Source of the DNA: Podarcis liolepis
Taxonomy: Eukaryota
DNA length: 64,000 bases
Assembly (NCBI GenBank): GCA_965112155.1
Contig: OZ218109.1
Strand: one strand, 5' to 3'
Of this stretch, positions 14,000-24,787 are shown piece by piece; the stretch's first letter is position 1; each line of letters opens with the position of its first letter. The notes under the pieces were generated by a model. It was not told the origin of the DNA, made no database searches, and worked only from the letters and a program-made list of their open reading frames with translations. Made by a program: the position numbers and the translations under genes.

Positions 14000-14590
14000 C
14001 TCCATTATGACCAGCAACCTTTTCATTGACACTGAGCTGAACAGACATATTGGTAAGGCAGCTACGGCAATGGCTTGCCTCTCCAAAAGGGTATGGGAAA
14101 ATGTAATGCAATGGCTAATACCAAGATTAAGATCGACCATGCTTACATATTAAGCATGCTGCTTTATCAAAGTGAGTTGTGGTCAACTTCCAGGAGTGAT
14201 GCCTCAGCACTTTCCAAATACGCTTCATCAGGATGATTTTGGGCATCACATGGCAGGACAAAATCTCAAACAAAGATGTACTCTCCCAAGCCTCAATTCC
14301 CATGATGTTCACACTTCTGTCTCAGTGATATCAACACTGGCTTGGCCATGACCGCAGAATGGAAGATGGCAGGCTCCCAAGGATGTGCTTTATGAGGAGC
14401 TGGCTTCAGGCACCAGGTCCATTGGCAGATCAGCTCTGCCATATAAAGATGTCTGCAAATGTGACATGAAGGCTGGCAACTTTGACACCGCTGTGTGGGG
14501 GATCCCTTGCAGACAACTGCAGTGCCTGGAGACAGGCAGTCAGGTTGTGTATGCACAGCAGTGACCAGAGGGAAAATGACCGCTAGGCAA
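14000..14590 (+). mobile_element. Decayed RTE-clade LINE ORF fragment (C-terminal region)
   Basis: Translates to DTELNRHIGKAATAMACLSKRVWEN, then (with frameshifts and stops) ILGITWQDKISNKDVL, WLGH..RMEDGRLP, and YKDVCK.DMKA. These are characteristic RTE motifs. Confidence 0.85.
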
Positions 14591-15489
14591 TAGAAATTAT
14601 TGCAGTTCAGAGAAATATTCCAGCAGCTAGGGGAAAGCACTTCAGCAAGGCTGGTTAGGTATATGGTCTGGGGAGAGAGGTGTGACCTGGGAAGAGTTCA
14701 GAAGGATATATAGGGAGGCCTGGAGGGCTGCATTGGGTCTCTGAACCTGATATTCCCCACCCCTGGTTTACTGGCTCTCTGGGCTGATAGGAGATCTGAT
14801 TAGATTTAGATTACAAAGTTCAGTTTCCATTTCAACCCATCTCTGTTGCCACAAATCACTGCAGAGAAAGCTTGGTGTTGGTAATTTGTAGTGTGAATGA
14901 AAGTAGTAACTCATTCCTGTAGGCTTCCACACCAGCCATCTCCTACATATGTCTTTGTTCATGCTGCTGCACTTGTCTTGTACCTGTTTTATAATTGTAA
15001 AAACAGTTACCGTAATGTAAGAAATATTCCACTTTTTAAAAACACTGAATCCTTCACCATGTGTTTTCCAAAGCAGTACTGAAATGTAGAATGGTTTTCA
15101 GGTCACTTAATTTTGCTTGGTGAAACTATCCAAGATTCCCCAAGACTCTTTAGTCCAAATAGTAATTACTGTGTTCTAAAGTGGGATGTTCTTTTAAGCG
15201 CAGATAATGTGGGAGATGTGGAAAACTCCTCTGAATGTAGTCTTTTAGAACAAAAACAAAATCTAGACCTTTGCAGTCTTCTATATGTAGTGTTAATGTT
15301 TTCATTGTTCAGTACTCGAACACAAATACTTTAACACCCAGGGAATAGAGGGGTCCAGATAACTTCATTTGTAAAGACAGGAATCTCAAATATAGTTACC
15401 TTCCTCAAGTTACTGAAAGGTTGCTGGTAGAAAACTGTTCAGTGTAGCCCAGCATTAAATCATAATAATGTTTCAATTTATTTTTAAAG

Positions 15490-15571
15490 GGAGCTACTAT
15501 TAAAAGGGATGAACAGACTGGAGCTGTTGTTGTTGCTCGAATAATGCGTGGAGGTGCTGCAGATAGAAGTG
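15490..15571 (+). CDS. MPP7: MPP7 coding exon (PDZ), [27 protein letters not shown](G)
   Basis: Acceptor tttttaaag, donor GTG|gtaaga. 82 nt, phase 0/1. MAGUK p55 PDZ motif [13 protein letters not shown]. Confidence 0.96.
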
Positions 15572-15962
15572 GTAAGAATATTTAAAAGTGTGATTGCTGA
15601 GATGTGATGGCCAGCCTGGTTCTTCAAATGAATTCTAAATTGCTTGGTAAAAGTAGGTAATTGCATCCAGAAACCTTTTTGTGGTTTCTGCCATGTATAT
15701 TATTTTAGATTATTGTGATAGGATCTCTGATAGGATTTTGGTATTATGGATGCAATTTAGCAGTTTGAAAATTATCTCATTAGTGAAATACATTTAGAAA
15801 CTCAGCAAGAAGGAAGGTATCAAATCAGCCTCTCTGTATCGCAGTTTCACAGTTGAGCACTTCTGTGCACTAAGCATTTGTATGCTCTCCTGTAACAAAG
15901 GTTCTCTGGGCAGAAAGATTAAAAACAATCACATTACAATAAAACTATAGTAATATTAAAGT

Positions 15963-16314
15963 TAGGAATGCGGGTGGCGCTGTGGGTTAAACCACAGAGC
16001 CTAGGACTTGCCAATCAGAAGGTCGGCGGTTTGAATCCCCGCGACGGGGTGAGCTCCCGTTGCTCGGTCCCTGCTCCTGCCAACCTAGCAGTTCGAAAGC
16101 ACATCAAAGTGCAAGTAGATAAATAGGTACCGCTTCAGCGGGAAGGTAAACGGCGTTTCCGTGTGCTGCTCTGGTTCACCAGAAGCGGCTTAGTCATGCT
16201 GGCCACATGACCCGGAACCTGTACGCCGGCTCCCTCGGCCAATAAAGCGAGATGAGCGCTGCAACCCCAGAGTCGGTCACGACTGGACCTGGTGGTCAGG
16301 GGTCCCTTTACCTT
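15963..16314 (+). mobile_element. Full-length Sauria SINE
   Basis: tRNA-like head with A box (tggcgctgtggg) and B box (ggtttgaatcc). Bov-B-type tail ending ggggtccctttaccttt. 12-bp TSD TAATATTAAAGT (15951-15962 and 16315-16326). CpG-rich. Confidence 0.93.
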
Positions 16315-16528
16315 TAATATTAAAGTAAACAACTACAAACACAATTCTTTTTTGCCTTCCCAAAGAGAGAGAGACAGAAAGACCTTGCTATAAAATTGCA
16401 TTTGGGTAGAAGAGAAGTAGAAATCTGTTGTGCTTTGCGGAGTAGGAATGACCATGACTTGAAACAATGTTAGATATGCACAATTGTATTGAACTTTAAA
16501 ATGGTTGTTAAATAAATATGCTCCACAG

Positions 16529-16614
16529 GTCTCATTCATGTTGGCGATGAACTTAAGGAAGTTAATGGAATTCCTGTAGATGATAAAAAACCAGAAGAAA
16601 TTATACAAATTCTG
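16529..16614 (+). CDS. MPP7: MPP7 coding exon (PDZ), (G)[28 protein letters not shown]
   Basis: Acceptor ctccacag, donor CTG|gtaggt. 86 nt, phase 1/0. PDZ GD..EVNG motif. Confidence 0.96.
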
Positions 16615-17113
16615 GTAGGTTACAAATGGAATAATTAAGGCAGTTGATGATGAGCTTAATGGGTTGTGTTACAACCCCGGCACGTGATGGAGGCAGGAGC
16701 AAAGAACTCTGGGAGGCAGGCACAGTTCCCAGTTTTTTCCTCCTGCCTGACTTGGCCTTTCTTCTTGCATTGGTTATTTTTATATCCTTTATTTCTTGGT
16801 TCATTAACTCTTTGATAGATCAGGAGAGGCTATTCACTTCTTTATTTTATGGTTTTGTTTTTTAAAATCCATAACAATTTATACACCACTTGATTGTAAA
16901 CACTCTGTTAACAAACTTTTGCATAAATTATCAGAGCGTGTCTGTTTTTAGGACAGAAGAGAATATCGTAGCACAGCCTATTATAAAGAGGTACTAAGAT
17001 GTTAATCACATCAAGTTAACTAGCACTACAAGTTGCATTAGCTCTACCTTCCTTATTGTTTTTCTTTAACTTGTACTGAATGCTTTGATAATTTGTTTTT
17101 CACATCCTTTTAG

Positions 17114-17188
17114 TCCCAGTCGCAAGGAGCCATTACATTTAAAATTATACCCAGTATCAAAGAAGAAACTGCATCTAAAGAAGGAAAG
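17114..17188 (+). CDS. MPP7: MPP7 coding exon (PDZ end), [25 protein letters not shown]
   Basis: Acceptor ccttttag, donor AAG|gtaaga. 75 nt, phase 0/0. Confidence 0.95.
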
Positions 17189-17377
17189 GTAAGAGGTCCT
17201 TTCCTCAGAAAAAGGGACTTACTCAGATTGCTGGCTGAAATATATTTTGTACCCATATGTAAATGTGTTTTACAATTGTATTTTTACGCATGTTGTTTGT
17301 ATGCCAATAAGCAATAAAAACGGAGACTGAGGGTTGTAATAAGACATTTAATTACTAATAAGGCCGTCTTCTTCCAG

Positions 17378-17574
17378 ATCTTCATGAAAGCTCTGTTTGA
17401 CTATGATCCCAGTGAGGATAAAGCAATTCCCTGTAAAGAAGCTGGACTTCCTTTCAGAAAAGGTGATATTCTTCAGATCATGAGCCAGGATGATGTAACT
17501 TGGTGGCAAGCCAAGCTTGAAGGTAATGCCAATCCCAGGGCAGGCTTAATTCCATCAAAGCATTTCCAAGAAAG
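17378..17574 (+). CDS. MPP7: MPP7 coding exon (SH3), [65 protein letters not shown](R)
   Basis: Acceptor cttccag, donor AAG|gtgagc. 197 nt, phase 0/2. SH3 signature ALFDY..WW..GLIPS. Seen in the ORF track at 17384..17578. Confidence 0.98.
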
Positions 17575-18077
17575 GTGAGCAGTTTCTGATTTCTCTGATA
17601 CTTAAAATGTGATCACTATATCTTTGATATAATTGTTATGCCTGACCTTATGGATTATAAGGTCAATCAACTTTCAAGTTTTGTCTTATGGTAAAATGTC
17701 TGAACTTTGTAAGTTGTTGCCCAAGTAGTTTGGTTTTCTTTATTTGTCTATTCACATTAATAATGACAAAACCTTATAGAATATTTGTGATCCACCTTGG
17801 AAAGGAAAAACATATGGAAAATAGTACATTGGTATCTGTATCTTTATTGATGTACTATGCATGAATAACAACTGCAGCTGTGTTTGGAGAACATAAAAAA
17901 ACCCTTCTAGGATTTAATTTCATAGACTTTGAGTAGACTGTATTGTTTAGGAAAATGTCTTCTAAAAATCAGGATACTTTGGAAAAGACCGATATGGAGT
18001 GTTAATCTCAAAATAGCTATGAAAATTATAAAGAGTTTTGCTTCTCTCCCCCCCCCTTCCCTCAAATCATTTTATAG

Positions 18078-18142
18078 GAGGCTTGCACTAAGAAGATCAG
18101 ATGTACAGGTTCAGCCCTTGAAAGTTTCCAATAGAAAATCAT
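18078..18142 (+). CDS. MPP7: MPP7 coding exon (HOOK N-part), (R)RLALRRSDVQVQPLKVSNRKS(S)
   Basis: Acceptor ttttatag, donor CAT|gtaagt. 65 nt, phase 2/1. The exon ends in a single T. Confidence 0.95.
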
Positions 18143-19498
18143 GTAAGTCTGTTTAGAAATCATATTACTTCATTCACACAAATATGGCTTGTATTAGCTC
18201 TTTTTAAGATATGGCGCTGGTATCTTAAGATATATCAGCAGGCCAAAACCTGTGATGCTGTAGGAATAGGATTTTCGTTAAAGAAAATTGTTTACCCCCG
18301 CTTCCGACATCAATACTTATGTAAAACCTATTCCCTACAGTGAATAAAATAATAAATATACCAATCTCTAATTATTGGAAGGGCATTCTTAATGACTCAC
18401 TGGGTATTTAAATACTACACAAAAGGGGACACATGTGAAGTCAGTGCTTTTTTCAGGCTCAACCACCTACTTTTGAAGCATAGTCCAACAATATCTGGAG
18501 GTTGTGTGAAGCTGCTTTGGAGTATGTTTTTAGAACATATCAATAAATATCATGCTGATATATGATCTGTTACCACTCATATGCTTATCAAATTTTCTGT
18601 CTGCTTTTCTTATTAGAACTGAATTGGACTTATAAGAAGTGGGTTTGATCCAAATTATGCAAAAACATTAAGGCATATGTTTTAAAATGTATCAAAAATA
18701 TTCTAGCAAGTACTTTTTCTGTGTGCCTAATTAGAATTATATCAAAAGCAAATGATGTGAAAGCACAGTATCTCTCATCATGGACTAAAAATAGCATGTT
18801 TGAAGGTTTCAGAGTTCTAGTTTAAAAAAAAAACACAGTAGTTCATTCTTCTATAGAACAAAGACAGTAACATTACTCTAAACCAAATCATTTTATTGGT
18901 ATACTTGAAGTTGGACAGCAAGATGATGAGCCACTTTCTGTGGGGTTTTGGAAAATTAATATAAAATGGTTGCATGGAATTATGTGTGTGTGTTGCGGGT
19001 CAGGAGCATGGAGAAGCAGTCATTTATATTTGTGAACTGGCTCTGTTTCTGACATAGGATAGCACTGGACTACATTTGCATGAAATTGGTGACATTTGTT
19101 ATATGGTGTAACTTATGCACGTGTCCTTAAACTTGTCATTCATTTGATGTAATATGTCTTCAAAAGAGAGCATGAACCATCAGTAATTAAAATCAGTTAG
19201 ACTAATTCTGGCCAAAACAGCTTCTTTCCAACAGAACCATGATTTTTACCATGGTAGTTTGCTTTTATATTTAAGCTATATCACATGTCTTCTCATTCAT
19301 ATGACTAATAATAATTTAATATTGTTAATCCATAATTAGCATTGTGTAATGGATAGGGTGGTTAATCTCTGAAAGACCTAGCTAAGTGTATAACCAAAAT
19401 AAAATAGTAATTTTGATATTAAATATAAACTGAATTATGTACTTTTTAAAATTTTCACTAAGTGTGAGAGAAGAAATATTTAATCACTGTCAAATATA

Positions 19499-19784
19499 CA
19501 GTGATACCTCGCAAGACGAATGCCTCGCAAGACAAAAAACTCGCTAGACGAAAGGGTTTTTTGTTTTTTGAGCTGCTTCGCAAGATGATTTTCCCTATGG
19601 GCTTGCTTCGCATGACGGAAACGTCTTGCAAGTTTGTTTCCTTTTTCTTAACACCGCTAATACAGTTGCGACTTGACTTCGAGGAGCAACTCATAGAATG
19701 CGGTGTGGTAGCCTTTTTTGAGGTTTTTAAAGACTTTGGTGATTTTTGAAGCTTTTCCAAAACTTTCCTGACACCGCACCACTG
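19499..19784. mobile_element. Tc1/mariner (Tigger-like) MITE with truncated right TIR
   Basis: TA|CAGTGATACCTCGCAAGACGAA...GCACCACTG|TA. The left half is shared with the element at 49984. Confidence 0.8.
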
Positions 19785-21814
19785 TATTTATATAGTTCAA
19801 TATCAATATCATGTGATTTAGTATGGTGTGCATTCAAGCAAGATGGAACCTATTTTATAATTTTGAGAATTAATTGTGCACAATTCAAATTTTTATGTGG
19901 CGCCCAAACACTGAAAGTAAAACTCATTTTGTCAAATTCTACACTGTAACTCCTTATACCACTATCTGTTTTGTCAGCAAGCCAAACACATCTTCACTCT
20001 TCTTTCAAACCTAGTATTCTTCCTGACATTTAGTGAGGAGTCTTCCTCTAATAATCCCTACTATTGCAAGGACAGCAGACTTTGACCTCACTTTTTATGA
20101 CTATTTGCAGTCCTAAATTATATAAAGTCAGTGTCATCTTGTCTTGGGTCACTTGCTGCTGTGGTGACATCATTAATACAGGCTTCATCTTTGCAGTCTG
20201 CGGTGTCATCAAACAGAAGAGTGCATTTGAAGAATTTCAGTATTTTTGCCTAAAAGTTATTCACTTAAAAAAATACATTAGCATTTTTTGTTTTTATACT
20301 TTCTCATGCAAATCTTTTTACGTACAAATTTTGTTAAATATTTTCATTATAGCTTGGAAATTCAATTGTATACCTTAAGATCTTTATACGTCCATGAAAA
20401 TCTTAGTGATCCTGCTTATGATAGTTTGTCAATTGATGCTCATTTATAAAATGGAGCTGCTGTGCATTGTGATGCAGGCCAGTGACTGAACTGAATGACT
20501 CCTGCTTTCCCCCAAATATACTGGATAGAGTCATGCATCTGTTATGCATAGCAAACGGCAAAGCAGTTGCATGTTCAACTAATAATGAAACAGATCCTTG
20601 ATATAAATCATCAGTTGTGTTCCAATTTACATTCAAGTAATTTGTGTTACTTCATCAGCCCAGTTCTTTTGTCAGTTTCCTTTCTGTGCATCTTACAACT
20701 ATATTTCTTTTGCGTGCTTAATTTTTTCTTTATCCATTCTAACCAAACTTGCCTTTCCATCTTAGAAAAATATATAAGAAAGTGGAACCACAATTATTCT
20801 TATTTGCAGTGTGGCATGCTCCGGTTCAGTACACACATGTACACAGCCTTTTTTCCTCCACCCCCAGTCAGCCAAGATTTTGTTTCAGTCACATTTTAGT
20901 AATTTTGTATTGTATATTGTTTTAAAATCTACTGTTTATTTTATTTTAATCTTGTCAAGTTGCTTTGAGATTTTCAATTGAAAGTGACTGAATATTCATT
21001 AACATAATATTGCTCATTGAGCATGCCCAGTCTTCAGTGTGCTGTTTCTTGGCTATTTCCTTCCATAATGCCCCCCCCCCATCTCCATTTTGTGCTGTTT
21101 TAGCTGTATGGGCTTGATATCTAAGAACTGAGATGGCTAACAGTATTTATAATTCATGCCAAATATAAGTAGGCAACGTTATAGAACTGAAATGTTAGAT
21201 ACTTTGGTTCACATCAAAGTAGCAGGTACCCACATCGGCGACTAATAATAATGCAACTTCATGGATTGCGCTCCATGCGGGAAGCTTTCTTGTTGATGTA
21301 GCCTCCAAAGGGGTCCAAGCATGCCAATGGAAATCTGGTCTCTCCTTGTGAATGCAAGGGGCTTTCATGGTAATGAGCTGGCCAAGTTTTGTGTTAACAG
21401 ATCTCACACACTGCTCATTTCATAAATGCAACACCCTTAATAGTTCAGGTGGGAAAATTTATCCTCATTGAAAAAATAAATTCTGAAGGAGGCTTTTCTT
21501 CCCCAGTAAGTATTTGTCCTCTTCTTCATTTCTTTCTCAGCTAAGCAACTAAGCTCTTCCTGGGTTGGTTCAAAGAAGGTGGGCTATGACAAATTTAACA
21601 GGGCCTATAATTTAATTCTTTCTTAACAGCGCAATCCAAAGTGTTTGGATTTGGCAGATCTTGGGCTTTCTTGGCTGAGAAGATAATGGTATTGTTCTGT
21701 AAGAGCAACTCTCTCATAATACATTGTATCAGTTGTAAAGAGCACATATATGAACTATTATTAATCCTTTGCCTCTTAAGAACGCATTCAAGTAGGCGTC
21801 CTGTCCTTTGTGAT

Positions 21815-21977
21815 CAGTGGCGTAGCGTGGGTTGTCAGCACCCGGGGCAAGGCAAGTAATTTGCGCCTCCTAACCCGTGGATTTGCGCCCCCTAACCCGT
21901 GGATTTGCGCCCCCTAACCCCCAGATGTTGCGGCCGGTGCGGCCGGCCCCCCCTGCACCCCCCACGCTACGCCACTG
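21815..21977. mobile_element. Young hAT-superfamily MITE
   Basis: Perfect 17-bp TIRs CAGTGGCGTAGCGTGGG / CCCACGCTACGCCACTG. Perfect 8-bp TSD TTTGTGAT (21807-21814 and 21978-21985). Internal 22-bp tandem repeats. Confidence 0.93.
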
Positions 21978-22272
21978 TTTGTGATTGCAACTTCCTTGTA
22001 TTGTAAAGGGACAAGAATCTGAATAACTACATGAATGTGCCCTTTAAAACTGATATGCATGTGTGTTGTGCCCTGATATCTGTATTTCATCAGAATCTAC
22101 CTGTGTAAAGTAATGATGCTTGATCAAGGAGCAATAAAAGTGGTACTAGCAGAAGTTGTGTCTTTGGTGGGAGGGGAGACTTTGATGGGCAAGCAGGCAT
22201 AGAAATGAGCCCAAAGAAAGTTTGTTCTAGTGCATTGTAAGTTGGCTTTGGGATGTGTCTAATAAACTAGGG

Positions 22273-22409
22273 CAGGGGTGGGGAGCCTGTCGCCCCCATA
22301 TGTCACTGAACTACAGTTCCCATCCTTCATGACCATTAGCCATACTGGCTAGGGCTGATGGGAATCAGAGTCCAGCAACATCTGGAGAACCTCAGGTTCC
22401 CTCCTTCTG
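22273..22409. mobile_element. Short hAT-type MITE (aactacagttcccatc family)
   Basis: caggggtggggagcctg...caggttccctccttctg termini with an internal hairpin module. Confidence 0.6.
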
Positions 22410-22417
22410 GGCTCAGA

Positions 22418-22614
22418 CAGAGCTTTCCAAACTGTGTGCCACGACACATTAGTGTGTCAGCTGCAATGTGTAGGTGTGTCACACAAACACTCCCTGTGCT
22501 CTTATAAGGGGTTAGTTTAACCTCTGGTTTGCTAGTAAAACTGAATTACTACGTCTCAAAATGATGCATGTCTAAAAAGAGTGTCACCAATATGAAAAAG
22601 TTTGGAAAGCTCTG
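22418..22614. mobile_element. hAT-type MITE
   Basis: 16-bp TIRs CAGAGCTTTCCAAACT / AGTTTGGAAAGCTCTG. Imperfect 8-bp TSD (ggctcaga / ggctagag). Confidence 0.8.
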
Positions 22615-23060
22615 GGCTAGAGGAAGTCTCTGGATGAAAGCAACAACCTGTAGAAAACTTAACTTCAACTTAAGAGTGTAACCATTTCAAAATTACAATT
22701 GAAAACCTAGTGACTCTTACTTATGATGCTAAGCAGAACATGACTAGTTAATGTGTTGTTTTTTCATCCCAGGGCTGGTGCAAACCTTTCTGTCTCTTAA
22801 ACAGTGTTAGGGGAACATAGCCTTTGCATACGCACCAAAAAACTTTACACATTTTGAAAGTGAGGTTCTGTCATTTCCCACTCCCAAAAAAGAAATTGGG
22901 GTACAGGCTTTTGCAGCAAAACGCTGAACGTGCCGTGCATCATACTTCTGCAAAATATGCTCTTAACCTGTTCTTTATATTACTCAGCTCTGCTTTTCCC
23001 ATTTTATTATGTGCTGAATATAATGTAAATCATGTCTGCTTGTCTTTTGGCTGTTCTAAG

Positions 23061-23081
23061 CTGAGGAAACAGTTGAGTGTG
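23061..23081 (+). CDS. MPP7: Putative alternative 21-nt microexon of the MPP7 HOOK region, (S)EETVEC
   Basis: Pyrimidine tract tgcttgtcttttggctgttctaag, exon CTGAGGAAACAGTTGAGTGTG, donor gtaggt. Phase 1/1, frame-preserving. Same length and position as the short exon recalled in paralogs MPP3 (YDQPCDK) and MPP4 (DEETFES). Confidence 0.72.
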
Positions 23082-23172
23082 GTAGGTGTTTCCCCCCCTT
23101 TTATTCTTCCATTATGTCTTCAGTCCATATAATCACTTTGCATCCTATTTTTCCCCCTTTTGCGCTTCTCAG

Positions 23173-23184
23173 AGGAAATTGAAG
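23173..23184 (+). CDS. MPP7: Putative alternative 12-nt microexon of the MPP7 HOOK region, (E)EIE
   Basis: Long pyrimidine tract tttttccccctttTGCgcttctcag, exon AGGAAATTGAAG, donor gtacat. Phase 1/1. Lies 91 nt after the 21-nt exon. Resembles the recalled MPP4 segment EELS. Confidence 0.62.
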
Positions 23185-23893
23185 GTACATGTACAAGTTT
23201 CCCTGCTGGGCTGCAAGTGATGGCTTAAAAACTAAGTATTCTAGGTCATCACTGACTTAGAGGCAATTAGAAAATAATCCATCTAGATAGCAGTATATGT
23301 AGTCACAACAGCCAGTTGCTTTGTTGTTGTGGGAATTGTTGTTCCAGTCCTGAGAATCGTGGTAGTAGAAGACTGTGAACATGTTGCTTTCTGCACGTAG
23401 TTCCTACAGCACAGTACTGGCATGTGTGCATGAAGATTCCTGTGGGGTAAGGCACAGGGATCCACATGTGTTATCCCATTGTCAGATGTGATTTCTTCCT
23501 TTGTATTTTTCCTTCTCCTCACATAGCAGGAATTTTGGGGGCCCAACATAACAGATCTGCCTGTTTCTGCACATGGGTCAAGTATGCAGAACAGAAGCGA
23601 ATGTGTGCTAAAACCTCTGAATGTTAGCAAAGTAACATAACTGAAAAAAGCAGATATGTTAACACAAGACATTTCCATGGAGCTAAAGATGATGTCAGTC
23701 CTATTGCATGGCTCTAATAGATTATCTTTCTTAAATTCAAACTTTGACACTGAATAAAGTGGATCTTTTCCAGTCATTAGGGGTGCAATTTTGGAACACA
23801 GCTTGACAGATGCTTTACTGCTGTGGTGTCAATCTTTGGGGGACTTTTCACTTGCAGCATACAGTTGTAGCTCATTGATTTCTTTAGATAGGT

Positions 23894-23935
23894 TATCTAT
23901 CTATCTATCTATCTATCTGTCTGTCTATCTATCTG
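23894..23935. repeat. (TATC/TGTC)n tetranucleotide microsatellite
   Basis: Read directly from the sequence. Confidence 0.9.
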
Positions 23936-24429
23936 TATATACCCAAAAGCTGTAAAGTATTTTGTTAGACATTTGGTATATTAAAATAGGCACCAATACT
24001 ATTTTATACCTAAGAAGTTATATTCATTAAAAATACCCTTTCTGTCCGATCCATTGAGCCAAATACAAAAACTCCTGATATTCTTTGTAGATTTCTTTAC
24101 CTTTGTGTTTCAGCTGTTGTATATTTTATCCTACATTAAAATATAAAGTAGAACACCTTTTAAAATCACTTCTTTATTTTCTGTCATGAATAAGGCAATA
24201 AAACAGTGAAAAGTTAAATATGCATGTTGCTGTACTCCAAAATCTCTTGCTCAACTTCAGAACAACACAGTGATTTATTTTTAAGCAGTGGCATATTGAA
24301 GGCTTTTTATGCTGTGCTTTCTGCAGTTGTCATTTTTAAGTAACTCTTCTTTTGCATTCATGGCTGGGCATCTAACTATTCTGCTTTATTTCTTGGCTTT
24401 TGTTCTGTACGCTTTTACACTTCATCCAG

Positions 24430-24471
24430 AGGAAGCTGAATGTGCTGGTCACAACAGTGGAGCCCACATAG
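24430..24471 (+). CDS. MPP7: Putative alternative 42-nt exon of the MPP7 HOOK region, (E)EAECAGHNSGAHI(A)
   Basis: Branch-like ctaac at 24372, long pyrimidine tract ending ttcatccag, donor TAG|gtgagc. Phase 1/1. Aligns with recalled MPP3 ETCDCEGYLKGHYVA-GLRRSFRL, directly before GFRRSFRL. Confidence 0.78.
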   Translation, partial: RKLNVLVTTVEPT

Positions 24472-24787
24472 GTGAGCAGTTGCTTACAAAAGACTCTCTT
24501 TCTTTCTCAGCTTTTTCCTGGATGGCTACAGAGTTTGCAGGTAATGGGCATCACTGCATGCTATGAATCTGCTAGATTAAAAAATGGCTCACTGGATTTG
24601 ACACAAAGGATCTGCATCCTAACCGCAACATATGTTACTAACATTGAAATATAGAATGCATTGAAATGCTACCTTGAATATGAGGAAATAATTTACTTGG
24701 GCAGAATTTGCAAAGAAATTTAAATACTTGTTCTGGACAAAATGTTAGGCTGGCTATATTCCATCTGACTACATTATTTTTCTATCA

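Noticed and set aside
20101-20225. Additional microexon candidates after ttgcag acceptors (20110 and 20196)
   Set aside because: One gives a 16-nt frameshifting exon and the other has only weak donors. Neither resembles paralog sequence.
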